Source: Candidatus Marinacidobacterium sp.
Lineage (GTDB): Bacteria > Acidobacteriota > Vicinamibacteria > Marinacidobacterales > Marinacidobacteraceae
NCBI GenBank assembly: GCA_965220965.1
Contig: OZ244852.1
Location: 1,312,001-1,376,000 of the forward strand
DNA length: 64,000 nt
Reading direction: 5' to 3'
A program made the position numbers and the translations under genes. The first letter of the stretch is position 1, and the number at the start of each line of letters is the position of its first letter. The notes beneath the pieces were generated by a model that was not told the DNA's origin, searched no databases, and saw nothing but the letters and a program-made list of their open reading frames with translations. This document shows positions 1 through 9,631 of the stretch, in pieces.

Positions 1-2
1 CG

Positions 3-1070
3 CGGTCGCTGCTGCTGTGGGCCGTCGTCGGGGCGGCGGGCGTCCCGCTCGGCGCGGCGCAGACCGGGGAGCGGCGTCCGCTTGCGGTGGACATCCATGC
101 GCACCCCTCGCGCTTCCACCGCGCGAACGTCTCCCGGATCAGCGACGAGGAGATCGCCCGTTATCTGGACCGGGGGATGGACGCGGTCGTCGCCACGATC
201 AGCACCGACACCCCCTACCGCGGCGGCTACACGCTGCGCGACGGGACACGGATCGAGGGCGGTAACCGTCGTCCCGATACGGGAGAGGCGTGGGCCTACA
301 CCCTCGACCGGTACGAGCGGCTGGACCGCACGGTCGCGGAGGCGAACGCGGTCTTCGTTCGGACCCCCGCCGAGGCGCACCGGGCCCGGGAGGAGGGCAG
401 ACTCGCGATCCTCCCCGCGCTCGAGGGCGCGGATTCGCTCGACGGCCGGCTCGGGCGGCTCCGCGAACTGCACCGCCGCGGCCTGGCGCTGCTCCAGATC
501 GTCCACTTCCGCCCGAACGGGATCGGCCACATCCAGACCTGGCCCTACACCCCGGGCGGCCTCACTGCATTCGGCCGAGAGGTCGTCGAGGAGTGCAACC
601 GGCTCGGGATCGTGATCGATCTGGCGCACGCCAACACCGAGACGATCCGGGACACGCTGGATCTCTCGATCCATCCGGTCGTGTTCAGCCACACCGGCGC
701 CTTCGCGCTCGCCGAGCACGACCGCCACCTCCTCGACCCGGAGATCCGCGAGATCGCCGCCAGCGGCGGAGTCATCGGAATCTGGCCGAACGCCTCGCTG
801 GTCCCCACCGTCGCCGACATGGCCCGCCACGCCCGCCACCTGGCGTCCGTCGGCGGCGTGGAGAACCTCGGGATCGGAAGCGATCTCCGGGGGATGTCCG
901 CCTACAGCGAGGGCTTCGGCGAGGAGGCCAACTTCGAGGCCATCGCCGAAGCGCTGGGCGAGGCGGGCTTCGACCGGGACGAGGTGCAGGCCATTCTCGG
1001 CGGCAACTTCGAGCGCGTCTGGAGCGCCGTCACCGCCCACATCCAGACCGACCAGGGAGACCCGCCATGA
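3..1070 (+). CDS. Membrane dipeptidase (peptidase M19 / renal dipeptidase family), 5' partial
   Basis: DIHAH metal motif, LEGAD, IDLAH, FSHT, GIGSD. The frame is open to the window start (RSLLLWAVVGAAGVPLGAAQ, signal-like), so the true start lies upstream of the window. Confidence 0.85.
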   Translation, partial: RSLLLWAVVGAAGVPLGAAQTGERRPLAVDIHAHPSRFHRANVSRISDEEIARYLDRGMDAVVATISTDTPYRGGYTLRDGTRIEGGNRRPDTGEAWAYTLDRYERLDRTVAEANAVFVRTPAEAHRAREEGRLAILPALEGADSLDGRLGRLRELHRRGLALLQIVHFRPNGIGHIQTWPYTPGGLTAFGREVVEECNRLGIVIDLAHANTETIRDTLDLSIHPVVFSHTGAFALAEHDRHLLDPEIREIAASGGVIGIWPNASLVPTVADMARHARHLASVGGVENLGIGSDLRGMSAYSEGFGEEANFEAIAEALGEAGFDRDEVQAILGGNFERVWSAVTAHIQTDQGDPP

Positions 1071-2170
1071 TCCGGATCCGCACTGTCGCGCCGTTCCCGG
1101 CGCTCTTGCTCCTCGCCGCCTGCGGAGGCGGGGAACCCGCCCCGGAACCCGGGGACATCTTCCAGCAGATCGTCGCGGAGGCGCGGAACACCGCGGAGAG
1201 CCCCGGGCTGTCCGCCGCCGTCGCGGTGAACGGCGAGATCGTCTGGACGGGCGGCTCGGGGCTGGCCGACATCGAAAACGACGTCCCGGCGACCGCCGAG
1301 AGCGTCTACCGGATCGCTTCGATCTCGAAGCCGATCGCCGCGACCGCCATCATGCAGCTCGCGGAACAGGGTTCGGTGGATCTCGACGCCCCGGTCCAGG
1401 AGTACTTCCCGGTCTTCCCGGGGAAGGCGTTCCCGGTCACGCTGCGACACCTGCTGACGCACACCTCGGGCGTCCGGCACTACAACCCGGGCGAATTCGA
1501 CATGAAGGAGCGGTTCGACACCGTCGAGGCGGCCACCGACATCTTCCGGGACGACCCGCTGCTCTTCGAGCCGGGGACCGACTACAGCTACTCCACCTAC
1601 GCCTACAACCTGCTGGCCGGCGTCGTCGAGACCGCCTCCGGCATGAGCTTTGACGACTACATGCGCGACAACGTCTGGGACCCGGCGGGGATGGGCGACA
1701 CCCATCTCGAACACCAGCGGGAGATCGTGCCCAACCGGGTTCGCCAGTACGTGAAGCGCGACGACACCGCGGGCGTCTGGAACGCCCCGCTCGCCGACCT
1801 CTCGATCAAGTGGGCCGGAGGCGGGATGATCGCGACCGCTCCCGACCTCGTCCGCTTCGCGCTGGCGATGGACGCCGGAACGCTCATCGAGGCGGCGACC
1901 CACGACGAGATGACGACGCGGTATGTGCTCGCAGACGGGACCGTCAGCGACTATGCGCTCGGCTGGCGGATCGCGGAGGACGAGGCGGGAACCTGGGTGG
2001 CCCACTCGGGGGGCGCCACCGGCGGCACGACGCACCTCCTGCGCCTGCCGGAACGCGGGGTCGCGGTCGCGCTCACGGCGAACGTCCAGAGCGGCGCCGG
2101 CCTCGCCGATGCGGCGCGCCGGCTCGCCGACGCGGCGCTGGCGCAAGCCAGCGCGACACCGTCCGAATAG
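1067..2170 (+). CDS. Serine hydrolase, beta-lactamase class C / AmpC-like family, lipoprotein
   Basis: SISK (SxxK), LLTHTSG, YSYST, HSG motifs. Lipobox LLLAAC. ATGA overlap with the upstream stop. Confidence 0.88.
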   Translation: MIRIRTVAPFPALLLLAACGGGEPAPEPGDIFQQIVAEARNTAESPGLSAAVAVNGEIVWTGGSGLADIENDVPATAESVYRIASISKPIAATAIMQLAEQGSVDLDAPVQEYFPVFPGKAFPVTLRHLLTHTSGVRHYNPGEFDMKERFDTVEAATDIFRDDPLLFEPGTDYSYSTYAYNLLAGVVETASGMSFDDYMRDNVWDPAGMGDTHLEHQREIVPNRVRQYVKRDDTAGVWNAPLADLSIKWAGGGMIATAPDLVRFALAMDAGTLIEAATHDEMTTRYVLADGTVSDYALGWRIAEDEAGTWVAHSGGATGGTTHLLRLPERGVAVALTANVQSGAGLADAARRLADAALAQASATPSE

Positions 2171-2221
2171 GCCGGGTTCCCGACGCGCCGCCGTGGTCGG
2201 TTGTACGATGGTGGCTGACCG

Positions 2222-2377
2222 ATGAAGCGAAGCGTCTTTGGCCTGTTCGCCAGCGCGTTCGTGGCCCTCTGGGCCCTGGCGAATCCCGTTCTCGCCGTCC
2301 TGGCCTGGCCTCGGATCAGGGAACTCGATGAGGAAGACCAGTCAGACCAGATCGTGACGCTCAACCTTCGCGGTTAG
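2222..2377 (+). CDS. Putative small membrane protein (51 aa), not in ORF track
   Basis: ATG 2222 to TAG 2377 encodes MKRSVFGLFASAFVALWALANPVLAVLAWPRIRELDEEDQSDQIVTLNLRG. One hydrophobic helix plus an acidic tail; fills the intergenic gap. Confidence 0.45.
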   Translation: MKRSVFGLFASAFVALWALANPVLAVLAWPRIRELDEEDQSDQIVTLNLRG

Positions 2378-2414
2378 CGCTCTCCGAAAACCTTCGCGGC
2401 TAGCGCTCTCCGAA
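2363..2414. repeat. 26-bp tandem duplication at a convergent gene junction
   Basis: aaccttcgcggTtagcgctctccgaa (2363-2388) and aaccttcgcggCtagcgctctccgaa (2389-2414), one mismatch. Confidence 0.9.
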
Positions 2415-3152
2415 CAGGCTGGGAGGGGGACGCGGTTCCGGGGGGACCGCGACCGGCTCGATGCAGCGCGGATCGTCGTTCGCCGGGTTGTTCACGATCC
2501 TCGCGACCGGATCGGCGGCCATCGCTTCCGCCGGCGCCGGCTCGAAGGAGATCTCCCCGCCCGAGAGCCAGGCCTCGAAGTCGCGGGGCGCGACGATGAC
2601 CGGCATCCGGTCATGGATCTCGGCGACCAGCGGGTTTGACCCGGTCGTCAGGATCGTGAACGTCTCGAGCGCGTCCCCCGCGCCTTCGACCTGGTCCATC
2701 CGGTGGCGCGGCGGCGTCCAGCGCTCCCAGAGCCCGGCGAGCGCGAAGAAGCCCCCGTCCCGAAGCCGGAACCTCCAGGGCTGCGCACCGCCGGACCGGG
2801 CGCCGCGCCTGGCGCCGCGCCCCCGGGCCCATTCGTAGAAGCCGTCCACCGGGACGAGGCACCGCCGCAGGGCGAAGGCGGCGCGAAAGGAGGGCCGCTG
2901 ACGCACCGTCTCGCAACGGGCGTTGATCAGCCGGTGGCCGACCGCGGGATCTGAAGCGCCCGCCGGAACCAGCCCCCAGCGGTGGAGGCGGAGGCGGCGT
3001 CCGCCGCCCGGGCCAGACTCCTGGCGAACGATCGCGGCGTTCTGGGACGGCGCGACATTGAACCGCGGGGGAAGCTCGGGCAGCTCTCCGTCCAGTTCAA
3101 AAAGCTCGGCCGCCTCGTCCCAGGCGGCCGCCTGGGTGAACCGGCCGCACAT
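2400..3152 (-). CDS. SOS response-associated peptidase (SRAP, YedK/HMCES family)
   Basis: N-terminal MCGRF with catalytic Cys2, RFNVAPSQ, INARCET, GFYEW, IHDRMPVI. Confidence 0.95.
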   Translation of the reverse strand: MCGRFTQAAAWDEAAELFELDGELPELPPRFNVAPSQNAAIVRQESGPGGGRRLRLHRWGLVPAGASDPAVGHRLINARCETVRQRPSFRAAFALRRCLVPVDGFYEWARGRGARRGARSGGAQPWRFRLRDGGFFALAGLWERWTPPRHRMDQVEGAGDALETFTILTTGSNPLVAEIHDRMPVIVAPRDFEAWLSGGEISFEPAPAEAMAADPVARIVNNPANDDPRCIEPVAVPPEPRPPPSLFGER

Positions 3153-3216
3153 GGAATCAGCCCTTCAACTTCAACCAACCGGGGCGCAGGACCGAAATCC
3201 GGCGCCCCGGTCCACC

Positions 3217-5307
3217 CTAACGGAGCCGCGGCCCGTCCTGGTTCACCGCGTCGGTGGTCTCCATGTCTTCCGCCTCATCGTCCCCGGGCGCGGTCTCCCA
3301 GACGTAGTCGATGCCGCGGACGTGCCGCTCGAACCAGTCGATTTCCACGTTCACCTTGAACAGTTGGTGCCGGAGCTCCTGCCAGCCGTGGGGCGCGCGC
3401 GGCGCAACGTAGAGGTGGGAGTCCACGCCGTTCGTCTTCAGGGCGCGGAAGAGCTCGATGGACTGCGCCGCCGGGACCCGGAGGTCGTTCTCTCCCACCA
3501 GAACGATCGTCGGCGTCGTGACCCGGTAGATGTCCTTCAGCGGGGAGTGCTCCCAGTAGACATCGATCGGGGCGTCTTCCTGCCAGGGCGTTCCCCCGAA
3601 CCAGGGGGTGCGGTAGATCCGCACATCGCTCTGGCCGTACATCGAGATCCAGTTCACCGCGCCCGCGCCGGAGGCCGCCGCCTTGAACCGGTCGGTGTGG
3701 GTGATGATCTTGTTCGTCATGTGGCCGCCGCCGCTCCAGCCCATCTTGGCCATCCGGTCGCCGTCCACCAGTCCCTGTTCGATCAGGTAGTCCACCCCGG
3801 TCATGACATCGAGGTGCGCCTGGTTGAAGTAGTGGCCGACCATGTCGCGCAGGAACGGATCGCCGTAGCCGGTGCTGCCCCGGTAGTTGGGCTTGAAGAC
3901 GAAGTAGCCGCGCGCCGTCAGGACCTGCACGTAGCTCGACCAGGAGCCGAACCCGAACTTGTCGGACGCCGCCGGTCCCCCGTGCGTCTGGACGACCACG
4001 GGATAGCGGGTCCCCTCCGCATAGTCGAGCGGGTAGTAGAGGAGGCCCTCGACCTCGACGCCGTCCTCGCCCGGCCAGCGGACCGCTTCCTGCCTCGGCA
4101 GCCGGTAGGTCTCGTCGAGGTAGTCGAACACGCTCGTGACCTTCACCGGCTCGCCGCCGTCAGCCGCCAACAGGTGGATGTCCCCGGCGTTCGTCGGCGA
4201 GTTGATGCCGAAAACATGCTGACCGGCGTCGCGCTGGAAACTCCAACCTCCGATGCTGAAGTCGCCCCGAAGCAGCGTGCGCGGCGAGTCATCGTCCACC
4301 GAAGCGTGGAAGAGCTCGGTCCGGACGCCGGTGTTCGCGGTGAAGTGGATCGTTCCGTCGGGCGCCCAGCGGGCGGAGGTCACCTCGTGCGGCATGTCCT
4401 CGTAGAGGACGCGATGCGCGCCGCCTCCCGCCGGGACGACGAAGATGTTGTCGTTGAAGTAGGTCTCGAGATCGGCGCTCGAGTCGGAGAGGAAGAGCAC
4501 GAGCGAGCCGTCGGGCGAAAGCTGGGCGCCGCGCTCGCTGACCGTGTTGTCGGTCAACTGGAGCGCGTTCGAGCCGTCCGCATCCATGATCCAGACCTCG
4601 CCCTCGTCCGCGTTGTCGAAGAGCGGGCTGACCGACCGGTGGTGGGCGATCCGCGCGCCGTCGTCCGAGAGCCGGAACCCGAGGACGGAGAAGTCCCCCT
4701 CGGTGATCCGCTCGGCCTCGACCGTGTCCCCTTCCCGCACCGCGACTTTCCACAGGTGGCGCTGCTTGTAGTTCTCGTCGTAGGCGAAGACATCGTCCCG
4801 GAGACGGTCCTTCTTCTTCTCCTCGTCGGTCTTCGCGTCGAAGGCGAGGAAGTAGATGTGCGAGCCGTCGGGAGAGAAGGCGTACTGCTGGATCGAGGTG
4901 GGGTGCTCGGTGAGCGGCGACGCCTCGCCGCCCGAGTTGCGCAGCAACTGGATCTGGCGGTTCTCGTCGTCCCCGCGGCGGGCGACGAACGCGACCAGGC
5001 GCCCGTCGGGCGACCAGCGGGGGCCGGACTCGCCGTGCTCGCCGTTCGTGAGCCGCACTTCGCCGGAGCCGTCAGCGTTGATGCGGTGGACGTGGGTGAT
5101 GCGCCCGTTCTCCTCCCAGTCAGTATCGGTCCGGGTGAAGAGGATCTGCGAGCCGTCGGGAGAAAGCTGGGCGCCGCCCACCCGGGGAACGTCGATCAGC
5201 TCGACGATCGAGATGGGCCGCTTCTCCTGGGCCGCCGCGAGGGGGGCGACCAACAAAAGCGCGGGCAAAAGCGCGGGCAGGAGGCGGGAGAGAGTAAAAC
5301 GCGGCAT
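3217..5307 (-). CDS. S9 family peptidase (dipeptidyl/acylaminoacyl peptidase) with PD40 beta-propeller, secreted
   Basis: GWSGGG nucleophile elbow, HGGP, NYRGSTGYG, D-x-RV and HGW catalytic motifs, repeated WSPDG. Start moved to ATG 5307, which follows a GAAGGAG RBS and gives a signal peptide. Confidence 0.93.
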   Translation of the reverse strand: MPRFTLSRLLPALLPALLLVAPLAAAQEKRPISIVELIDVPRVGGAQLSPDGSQILFTRTDTDWEENGRITHVHRINADGSGEVRLTNGEHGESGPRWSPDGRLVAFVARRGDDENRQIQLLRNSGGEASPLTEHPTSIQQYAFSPDGSHIYFLAFDAKTDEEKKKDRLRDDVFAYDENYKQRHLWKVAVREGDTVEAERITEGDFSVLGFRLSDDGARIAHHRSVSPLFDNADEGEVWIMDADGSNALQLTDNTVSERGAQLSPDGSLVLFLSDSSADLETYFNDNIFVVPAGGGAHRVLYEDMPHEVTSARWAPDGTIHFTANTGVRTELFHASVDDDSPRTLLRGDFSIGGWSFQRDAGQHVFGINSPTNAGDIHLLAADGGEPVKVTSVFDYLDETYRLPRQEAVRWPGEDGVEVEGLLYYPLDYAEGTRYPVVVQTHGGPAASDKFGFGSWSSYVQVLTARGYFVFKPNYRGSTGYGDPFLRDMVGHYFNQAHLDVMTGVDYLIEQGLVDGDRMAKMGWSGGGHMTNKIITHTDRFKAAASGAGAVNWISMYGQSDVRIYRTPWFGGTPWQEDAPIDVYWEHSPLKDIYRVTTPTIVLVGENDLRVPAAQSIELFRALKTNGVDSHLYVAPRAPHGWQELRHQLFKVNVEIDWFERHVRGIDYVWETAPGDDEAEDMETTDAVNQDGPRLR

Positions 5308-5420
5308 GGGGTCTCCTTCGGGGGAACGGCCGCCCGCCCGGAGGGGGGGCTGGCGCCGGCCCGCAATTGTGGGTTGCCGGCGCGGCGGCTTCAACCGGCC
5401 GCTCCGGCGGCGTCAGCCGG

Positions 5421-6188
5421 CTACTGGATCAGCCGTCCGCCGTCGATCACCAGCGGGAGCCCGGTGATGAAGCCCGACTCGTCGGAGGCGAGAAACAGGA
5501 TGGCCTGGGCTACGTCGCGGGGGGTCCCGAGCCGTCCCAGCGGCGTGACCTCGTACCAGGATCGGCGCATCGCGTCGGGGTCCTCGGAGCGGGCCAGGTT
5601 GCGTTCGTTCATCGGGGTCTCGATGACCCCCGGACAGACGGCGTTCACGCGGATCCCGTACTCGGCGCCCTCGAGCGCGAGGCCGCGGGCCAGCGCCATC
5701 ATCCCCGCCTTGGAAGCGCCGTAGGCGGAGCTGCGAGTGGCGGCGATGAAGTTGCCGACGGAGGAGTTCATCACGATGGTTCCCCGGCGCATCCGCTTCA
5801 TCTCCGGGACGACCCGCCGGGACATGAGGAACGCCGACGTGAGGTTCGTGCGGAGCACCCGCTCCCATTCCTCGAGACTCGTGTCCTCGACGAGCTTCTT
5901 GAGCTCGACGCCGGCGTTGTTCACCAGCGCGTCGACCGGACCGTAAGCGCCCTCCGCCGCCCCCACCGCCGTCTCGACCCCCGGCTCGGTGGACACATCC
6001 GCGGCGATCGCCAGCGCCCGGCCTCCGCCGTCCCGGATGGCGGCGGCGGCCGCCTCGACGGCTTCGGCTGCGATGTCCACCAGCGCGACCGCCGCTCCCT
6101 CCTCCGCGAACAGCTCCGCGGTGGCCCGGCCGATGCCGTGGGCCGCCCCGGTCACAACCGCCACCCGGCCCTCCAGTCGTCCGCTCAT
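5421..6188 (-). CDS. Short-chain dehydrogenase/reductase (SDR)
   Basis: TGAAHGIG, VNNAG, YGASK (YxxxK), IRVNAVCPG, IDGG. Start placed at MSGRLEG. Confidence 0.93.
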   Translation of the reverse strand: MSGRLEGRVAVVTGAAHGIGRATAELFAEEGAAVALVDIAAEAVEAAAAAIRDGGGRALAIAADVSTEPGVETAVGAAEGAYGPVDALVNNAGVELKKLVEDTSLEEWERVLRTNLTSAFLMSRRVVPEMKRMRRGTIVMNSSVGNFIAATRSSAYGASKAGMMALARGLALEGAEYGIRVNAVCPGVIETPMNERNLARSEDPDAMRRSWYEVTPLGRLGTPRDVAQAILFLASDESGFITGLPLVIDGGRLIQ

Positions 6189-6255
6189 CGCCGCCAGATT
6201 GTAGGAGGCCCCCGCTAGAATCCGGGCGAGACAACTGCAGTAGGGAACACGAACG

Positions 6256-7179
6256 ATGCGCGTCGGAATCACCGGAGCCACGGGGCTCCTGGGAAGTCAT
6301 CTCACCAGGCGGCTCGTCGCCGAACACCACGAGGTCGTCGCCTTTTCGCGCCGCGAGGGCCCCCTGCCCGGGCTTCCCGGCGCCGTGACCGCGGTGCGCT
6401 GGGACCCGCTCGACGAAGCGGAGCAGCCCGCCTTCGAGGAGGCGCTCGCCGGCCTGGACGCGCTGGTCCACCTGGCGGGAGAGACGGTGGCGAAGCGGTG
6501 GACCGCCGAGCGCCGCAGCCGGATCCGCGACAGCCGGATCCTCGGCACGACGAACCTGGTCGGGGCCCTCGCCCGGCTCTCGGAGCGCCCGTCCCGGTTC
6601 CTTTCCGCCTCGGCCGTTGGTTTCTACGGGCCTCGGGGCGACGAGGAGCTGGACGAGAACGCCGAACCCGGCGAGGGCTTCCTCTCCGAGGTGTCGACCG
6701 CCTGGGAGGCCGCGGCGGCTGGAGCGAGGAAGCTCGGCGTCGAGACCACGAGTCTCCGCATCGGCGTCGTGCTCTCGCCCGACGGCGGGGCGCTGGGCCA
6801 GATGCTGCCGCCGTTCCGGCTCGGAGTCGGCGGCCGGCTCGGCCGCGGGAACCAGTGGATGCCCTGGATCCACATCGCCGACGTGACCTCGGCGGTAATC
6901 CATCTCCTGAAGGCGCCCGCCGGGAGCCTCGCCCCGGCGTACAACCTGACCGCGCCGAACCCGGCGACGAACCTCGCCTTCACGCGGGCCCTGGGGCGCG
7001 TCCTGAGGCGTCCCACTTTGGCGCCGGTCCCCGGCTTCGCGATGCGCCTGCTGTTCGGCGAGATGGCCGACGAGATCCTCCTGCGGGGGCAACGGGTCGT
7101 CCCGAAGCGCCTTCTCGCCAGCGGCTTCCGGTTCTCCCATCCGGACCTGCAGCCGGCCCTCTCCAATCTGCTCGGCTGA
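6256..7179 (+). CDS. TIGR01777 family NAD-dependent epimerase/oxidoreductase (YfcH-like)
   Basis: ITGATGLLG, HLAGE, SASAVGFYG, GRLGRGNQWMPWIH, GQRVVPKRL. Confidence 0.92.
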   Translation: MRVGITGATGLLGSHLTRRLVAEHHEVVAFSRREGPLPGLPGAVTAVRWDPLDEAEQPAFEEALAGLDALVHLAGETVAKRWTAERRSRIRDSRILGTTNLVGALARLSERPSRFLSASAVGFYGPRGDEELDENAEPGEGFLSEVSTAWEAAAAGARKLGVETTSLRIGVVLSPDGGALGQMLPPFRLGVGGRLGRGNQWMPWIHIADVTSAVIHLLKAPAGSLAPAYNLTAPNPATNLAFTRALGRVLRRPTLAPVPGFAMRLLFGEMADEILLRGQRVVPKRLLASGFRFSHPDLQPALSNLLG

Positions 7180-7182
7180 GGG

Positions 7183-9516
7183 ATGGGACCGTCGCGGCGA
7201 ACCCCGGCGCGGCGGCCGCGCCGCCCGCTGGCGCGCGTCCTGATCACGATCTTCCTGTTCGCCGCGGTGGCGGTCGCCGGCTCGATGGTGGGCCTTCTGG
7301 CCGCCTACCAGAGCGACACCCCGCTCATCGCCGAGCTCGAGAGCTACGAAGCGAGCGCCACGAGCATCGTCTATGACCGGCACGGCGCCGAGATCGGGCA
7401 GTTCGCCATCGAGCGGCGGGTCGAACTGGACTACGAGGACCTCCCGCAGCACCTGCGCGACGCGTTCGTGGCCTCCGAGGACCAGCGGTTCTGGAGCCAC
7501 TTCGGCTTCGACCCGATCGGGATCGCCCGCGCGGTCTGGCACAACTACCGGGCGGGGCGGATCGTCTCGGGCGCCAGCACGATCACCCAGCAGGTCGCCC
7601 GCGAGCTCTTCCTGAACCGGGAGGAGTCGCTCGAGCGGAAGATCAAGGAGGCGATCACCGCCTTCCGGATCGAGCGCGCCTACCGCAAGGAAGAGATCCT
7701 CACCTACTACGCCAACCAGGTCTTCCTCGGCTACGGGAACCACGGCGTGGAGGCGGCCGCGCAGTACTACCTGGGCAAGAGCACCCCGGAACTCACGCTG
7801 TCGGAGGCCGCGATGCTCGTCGGCATCGCGCCGAACCCCGCCCGTTACAACCCGTTCGGCAGCCGCGAGGCGGCGGCGCAGCGCCGCGACATGGTGCTGG
7901 GCCGGATGGTCGCGGAAGGGTTCATCACCGCGGAGCAGCATGAGGAAGCCGCCGGAGAACCCATCCGGCTCCGGCCCCGCCGCCCGAACCGCTTCGCCCC
8001 GCACTTCATGGAGATGGTGCGCCAGCACCTCCGGGACCGCTACGGCGACTCGCGGACCTACGAGGGCGGCCTCCGGGTCCACACGACGCTCGACTCCGGG
8101 ATGCAGCTCACCGCCCAGGCGTCGGTCGAGCGGGCGCTCAGGGCCCACGACAAGCGGCAGGGCTTCCGGGGCCTTGCGGTCAACCTCCTCGACGAGGGCG
8201 AGGACCCGGAGACCTGGCATCACGAGTCCTGGGACGCCGCGCTGCGGATCGGCTCCATCGTGACCGGCGTCGTGACGAGCGCGGGCGCGAACCCCGAGGT
8301 GCGGATCGGGACCTACCGGGCGCGGGTGGACCCGGGCTCGCTCGCCTGGACCTTCCGCAGCGCGCGCGAGATTTTCCGGGAGGGCGACGTCGCCGAGTTC
8401 CGGATCGTGGGCGACGCCTCCGGCCGCACCGCGGACCCGATGGCCTACGGAGGTCCGCCGCCCGGCGCCGGACGCGAGCCGCCCCCCGAGGAGCCGCTGC
8501 TGGTCTCGCTCGAGCAGTCGCCGGAGGCGGAAGGAGCCTTCCTCGCCATGGACGCGACGACCGGGGAGATGCTCGCGGTCGTCGGAGGCTTCGACTTCGA
8601 GCGCAGCGAGTTCAACCGCGCGGTCCAGGCGCGCCGGCAGGCCGGCTCGTCATTCAAACCGTTCGCCTATGGCGCGGCGTTGAGGACCGGGCGCCTGGCC
8701 CCCACCTCGCTGCTCCTCGACGAGCCGTTCATCTTCCACGATCCCAACACCGAGGACCCCTACGAGCCCCACAACTACGACGACGAGCACAAGGGCTGGA
8801 TCACGATGCGGCAGGCGTTCGAGGGCTCCCGGAACGTCCCGGCGGTCCGGATGATCCACGACGTGGGACCGGAACATGTCGTCGCGATGGCGCGCCGGCT
8901 CGGCATCACCGGCGACCTCCAGCCGTTCCTCTCGATCACGCTCGGGTCGTTCGACGTGACCCTGCTCGAAATGGTCTCGGCCTACAGCGCCTTCCCGAAC
9001 CAGGGGGTGCGGATGACGCCGTTCTTCATCCGCCGGGTCACCGACCGGGACGGACGCGAACTCGAGCGCTTCCACCCCGAGACCGCCTCGGTGATCCGCG
9101 CCGACCTGGCCTACGTCGTGACGCACCTCCTCGAGGGCGTCGTGGCGCGGGGCACCGCCCAGATGGCCCGCCGCCTGAACCGTCCGGTGGCCGGCAAGAC
9201 CGGGACCACGAACGACTTCACCGACGCCTGGTTCATCGGGTTCGACTCCGAAGTGGCCGCCGGCGTCTGGATCGGGCGCGACGAGAAACTGACGCTCGGG
9301 GACAAGGAAAGCGGCGCGCGGGTCGCCCTCCCGGCCTGGATCTGGTTCATGGAGACCGAGCGCGCGACGGCGTCCCGCGAGGGCTTCCGGCCGCCGCCCA
9401 ACGTGGCGCTGATCCCGGTGGATCTGGAGAGCGGACAGCCCGCCAACGGTGGTCCCAACACGATCCTGGAGGCCTTCCTTCCCGGAACCGAGCCCACGAC
9501 CGGCTACGACCGGTGA
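7183..9516 (+). CDS. mrcA: Penicillin-binding protein 1A (transglycosylase/transpeptidase)
   Basis: N-terminal TM, EDQRF, GASTITQQ, RKIKE, SSFK (SxxK), SRN, KTGT. OB-like insert typical of PBP1A. Confidence 0.93.
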   Translation: MGPSRRTPARRPRRPLARVLITIFLFAAVAVAGSMVGLLAAYQSDTPLIAELESYEASATSIVYDRHGAEIGQFAIERRVELDYEDLPQHLRDAFVASEDQRFWSHFGFDPIGIARAVWHNYRAGRIVSGASTITQQVARELFLNREESLERKIKEAITAFRIERAYRKEEILTYYANQVFLGYGNHGVEAAAQYYLGKSTPELTLSEAAMLVGIAPNPARYNPFGSREAAAQRRDMVLGRMVAEGFITAEQHEEAAGEPIRLRPRRPNRFAPHFMEMVRQHLRDRYGDSRTYEGGLRVHTTLDSGMQLTAQASVERALRAHDKRQGFRGLAVNLLDEGEDPETWHHESWDAALRIGSIVTGVVTSAGANPEVRIGTYRARVDPGSLAWTFRSAREIFREGDVAEFRIVGDASGRTADPMAYGGPPPGAGREPPPEEPLLVSLEQSPEAEGAFLAMDATTGEMLAVVGGFDFERSEFNRAVQARRQAGSSFKPFAYGAALRTGRLAPTSLLLDEPFIFHDPNTEDPYEPHNYDDEHKGWITMRQAFEGSRNVPAVRMIHDVGPEHVVAMARRLGITGDLQPFLSITLGSFDVTLLEMVSAYSAFPNQGVRMTPFFIRRVTDRDGRELERFHPETASVIRADLAYVVTHLLEGVVARGTAQMARRLNRPVAGKTGTTNDFTDAWFIGFDSEVAAGVWIGRDEKLTLGDKESGARVALPAWIWFMETERATASREGFRPPPNVALIPVDLESGQPANGGPNTILEAFLPGTEPTTGYDR

Positions 9517-9606
9517 CACCCGGAACGACCGTCCGTCGACTGCGTAGGCTCCGCAAGGAGCGCTGATCCGGCGACCGCCCGTGGCCCGAGCCGCTGGAAT
9601 GGCGTC

Positions 9607-9631
9607 TATATGAGTCACGAACACTCAGATA
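9607..9631. promoter_or_regulatory. HAIR-like inverted repeat (putative HspR operator) upstream of lon
   Basis: tatATGAGT-cacgaac-ACTCAgata. The core TGAGT-N7-ACTCA matches the HAIR consensus CTTGAGT-N7-ACTCAAG. Confidence 0.6.

Noticed and set aside
1067-2170. Beta-lactam resistance gene
   Set aside because: It is a generic SxxK serine hydrolase family member coupled to a dipeptidase, more plausibly a peptidase or esterase. Resistance is not supportable from sequence.
2923-8223. Long ORFs 2923-5724 (+) and 5413-8223 (-)
   Set aside because: These are antisense or off-frame shadows of well-supported genes, expected in high-GC DNA with few stop codons, and they have no motifs. The same applies to 37446-39995, 9700-11454 and similar ORFs.
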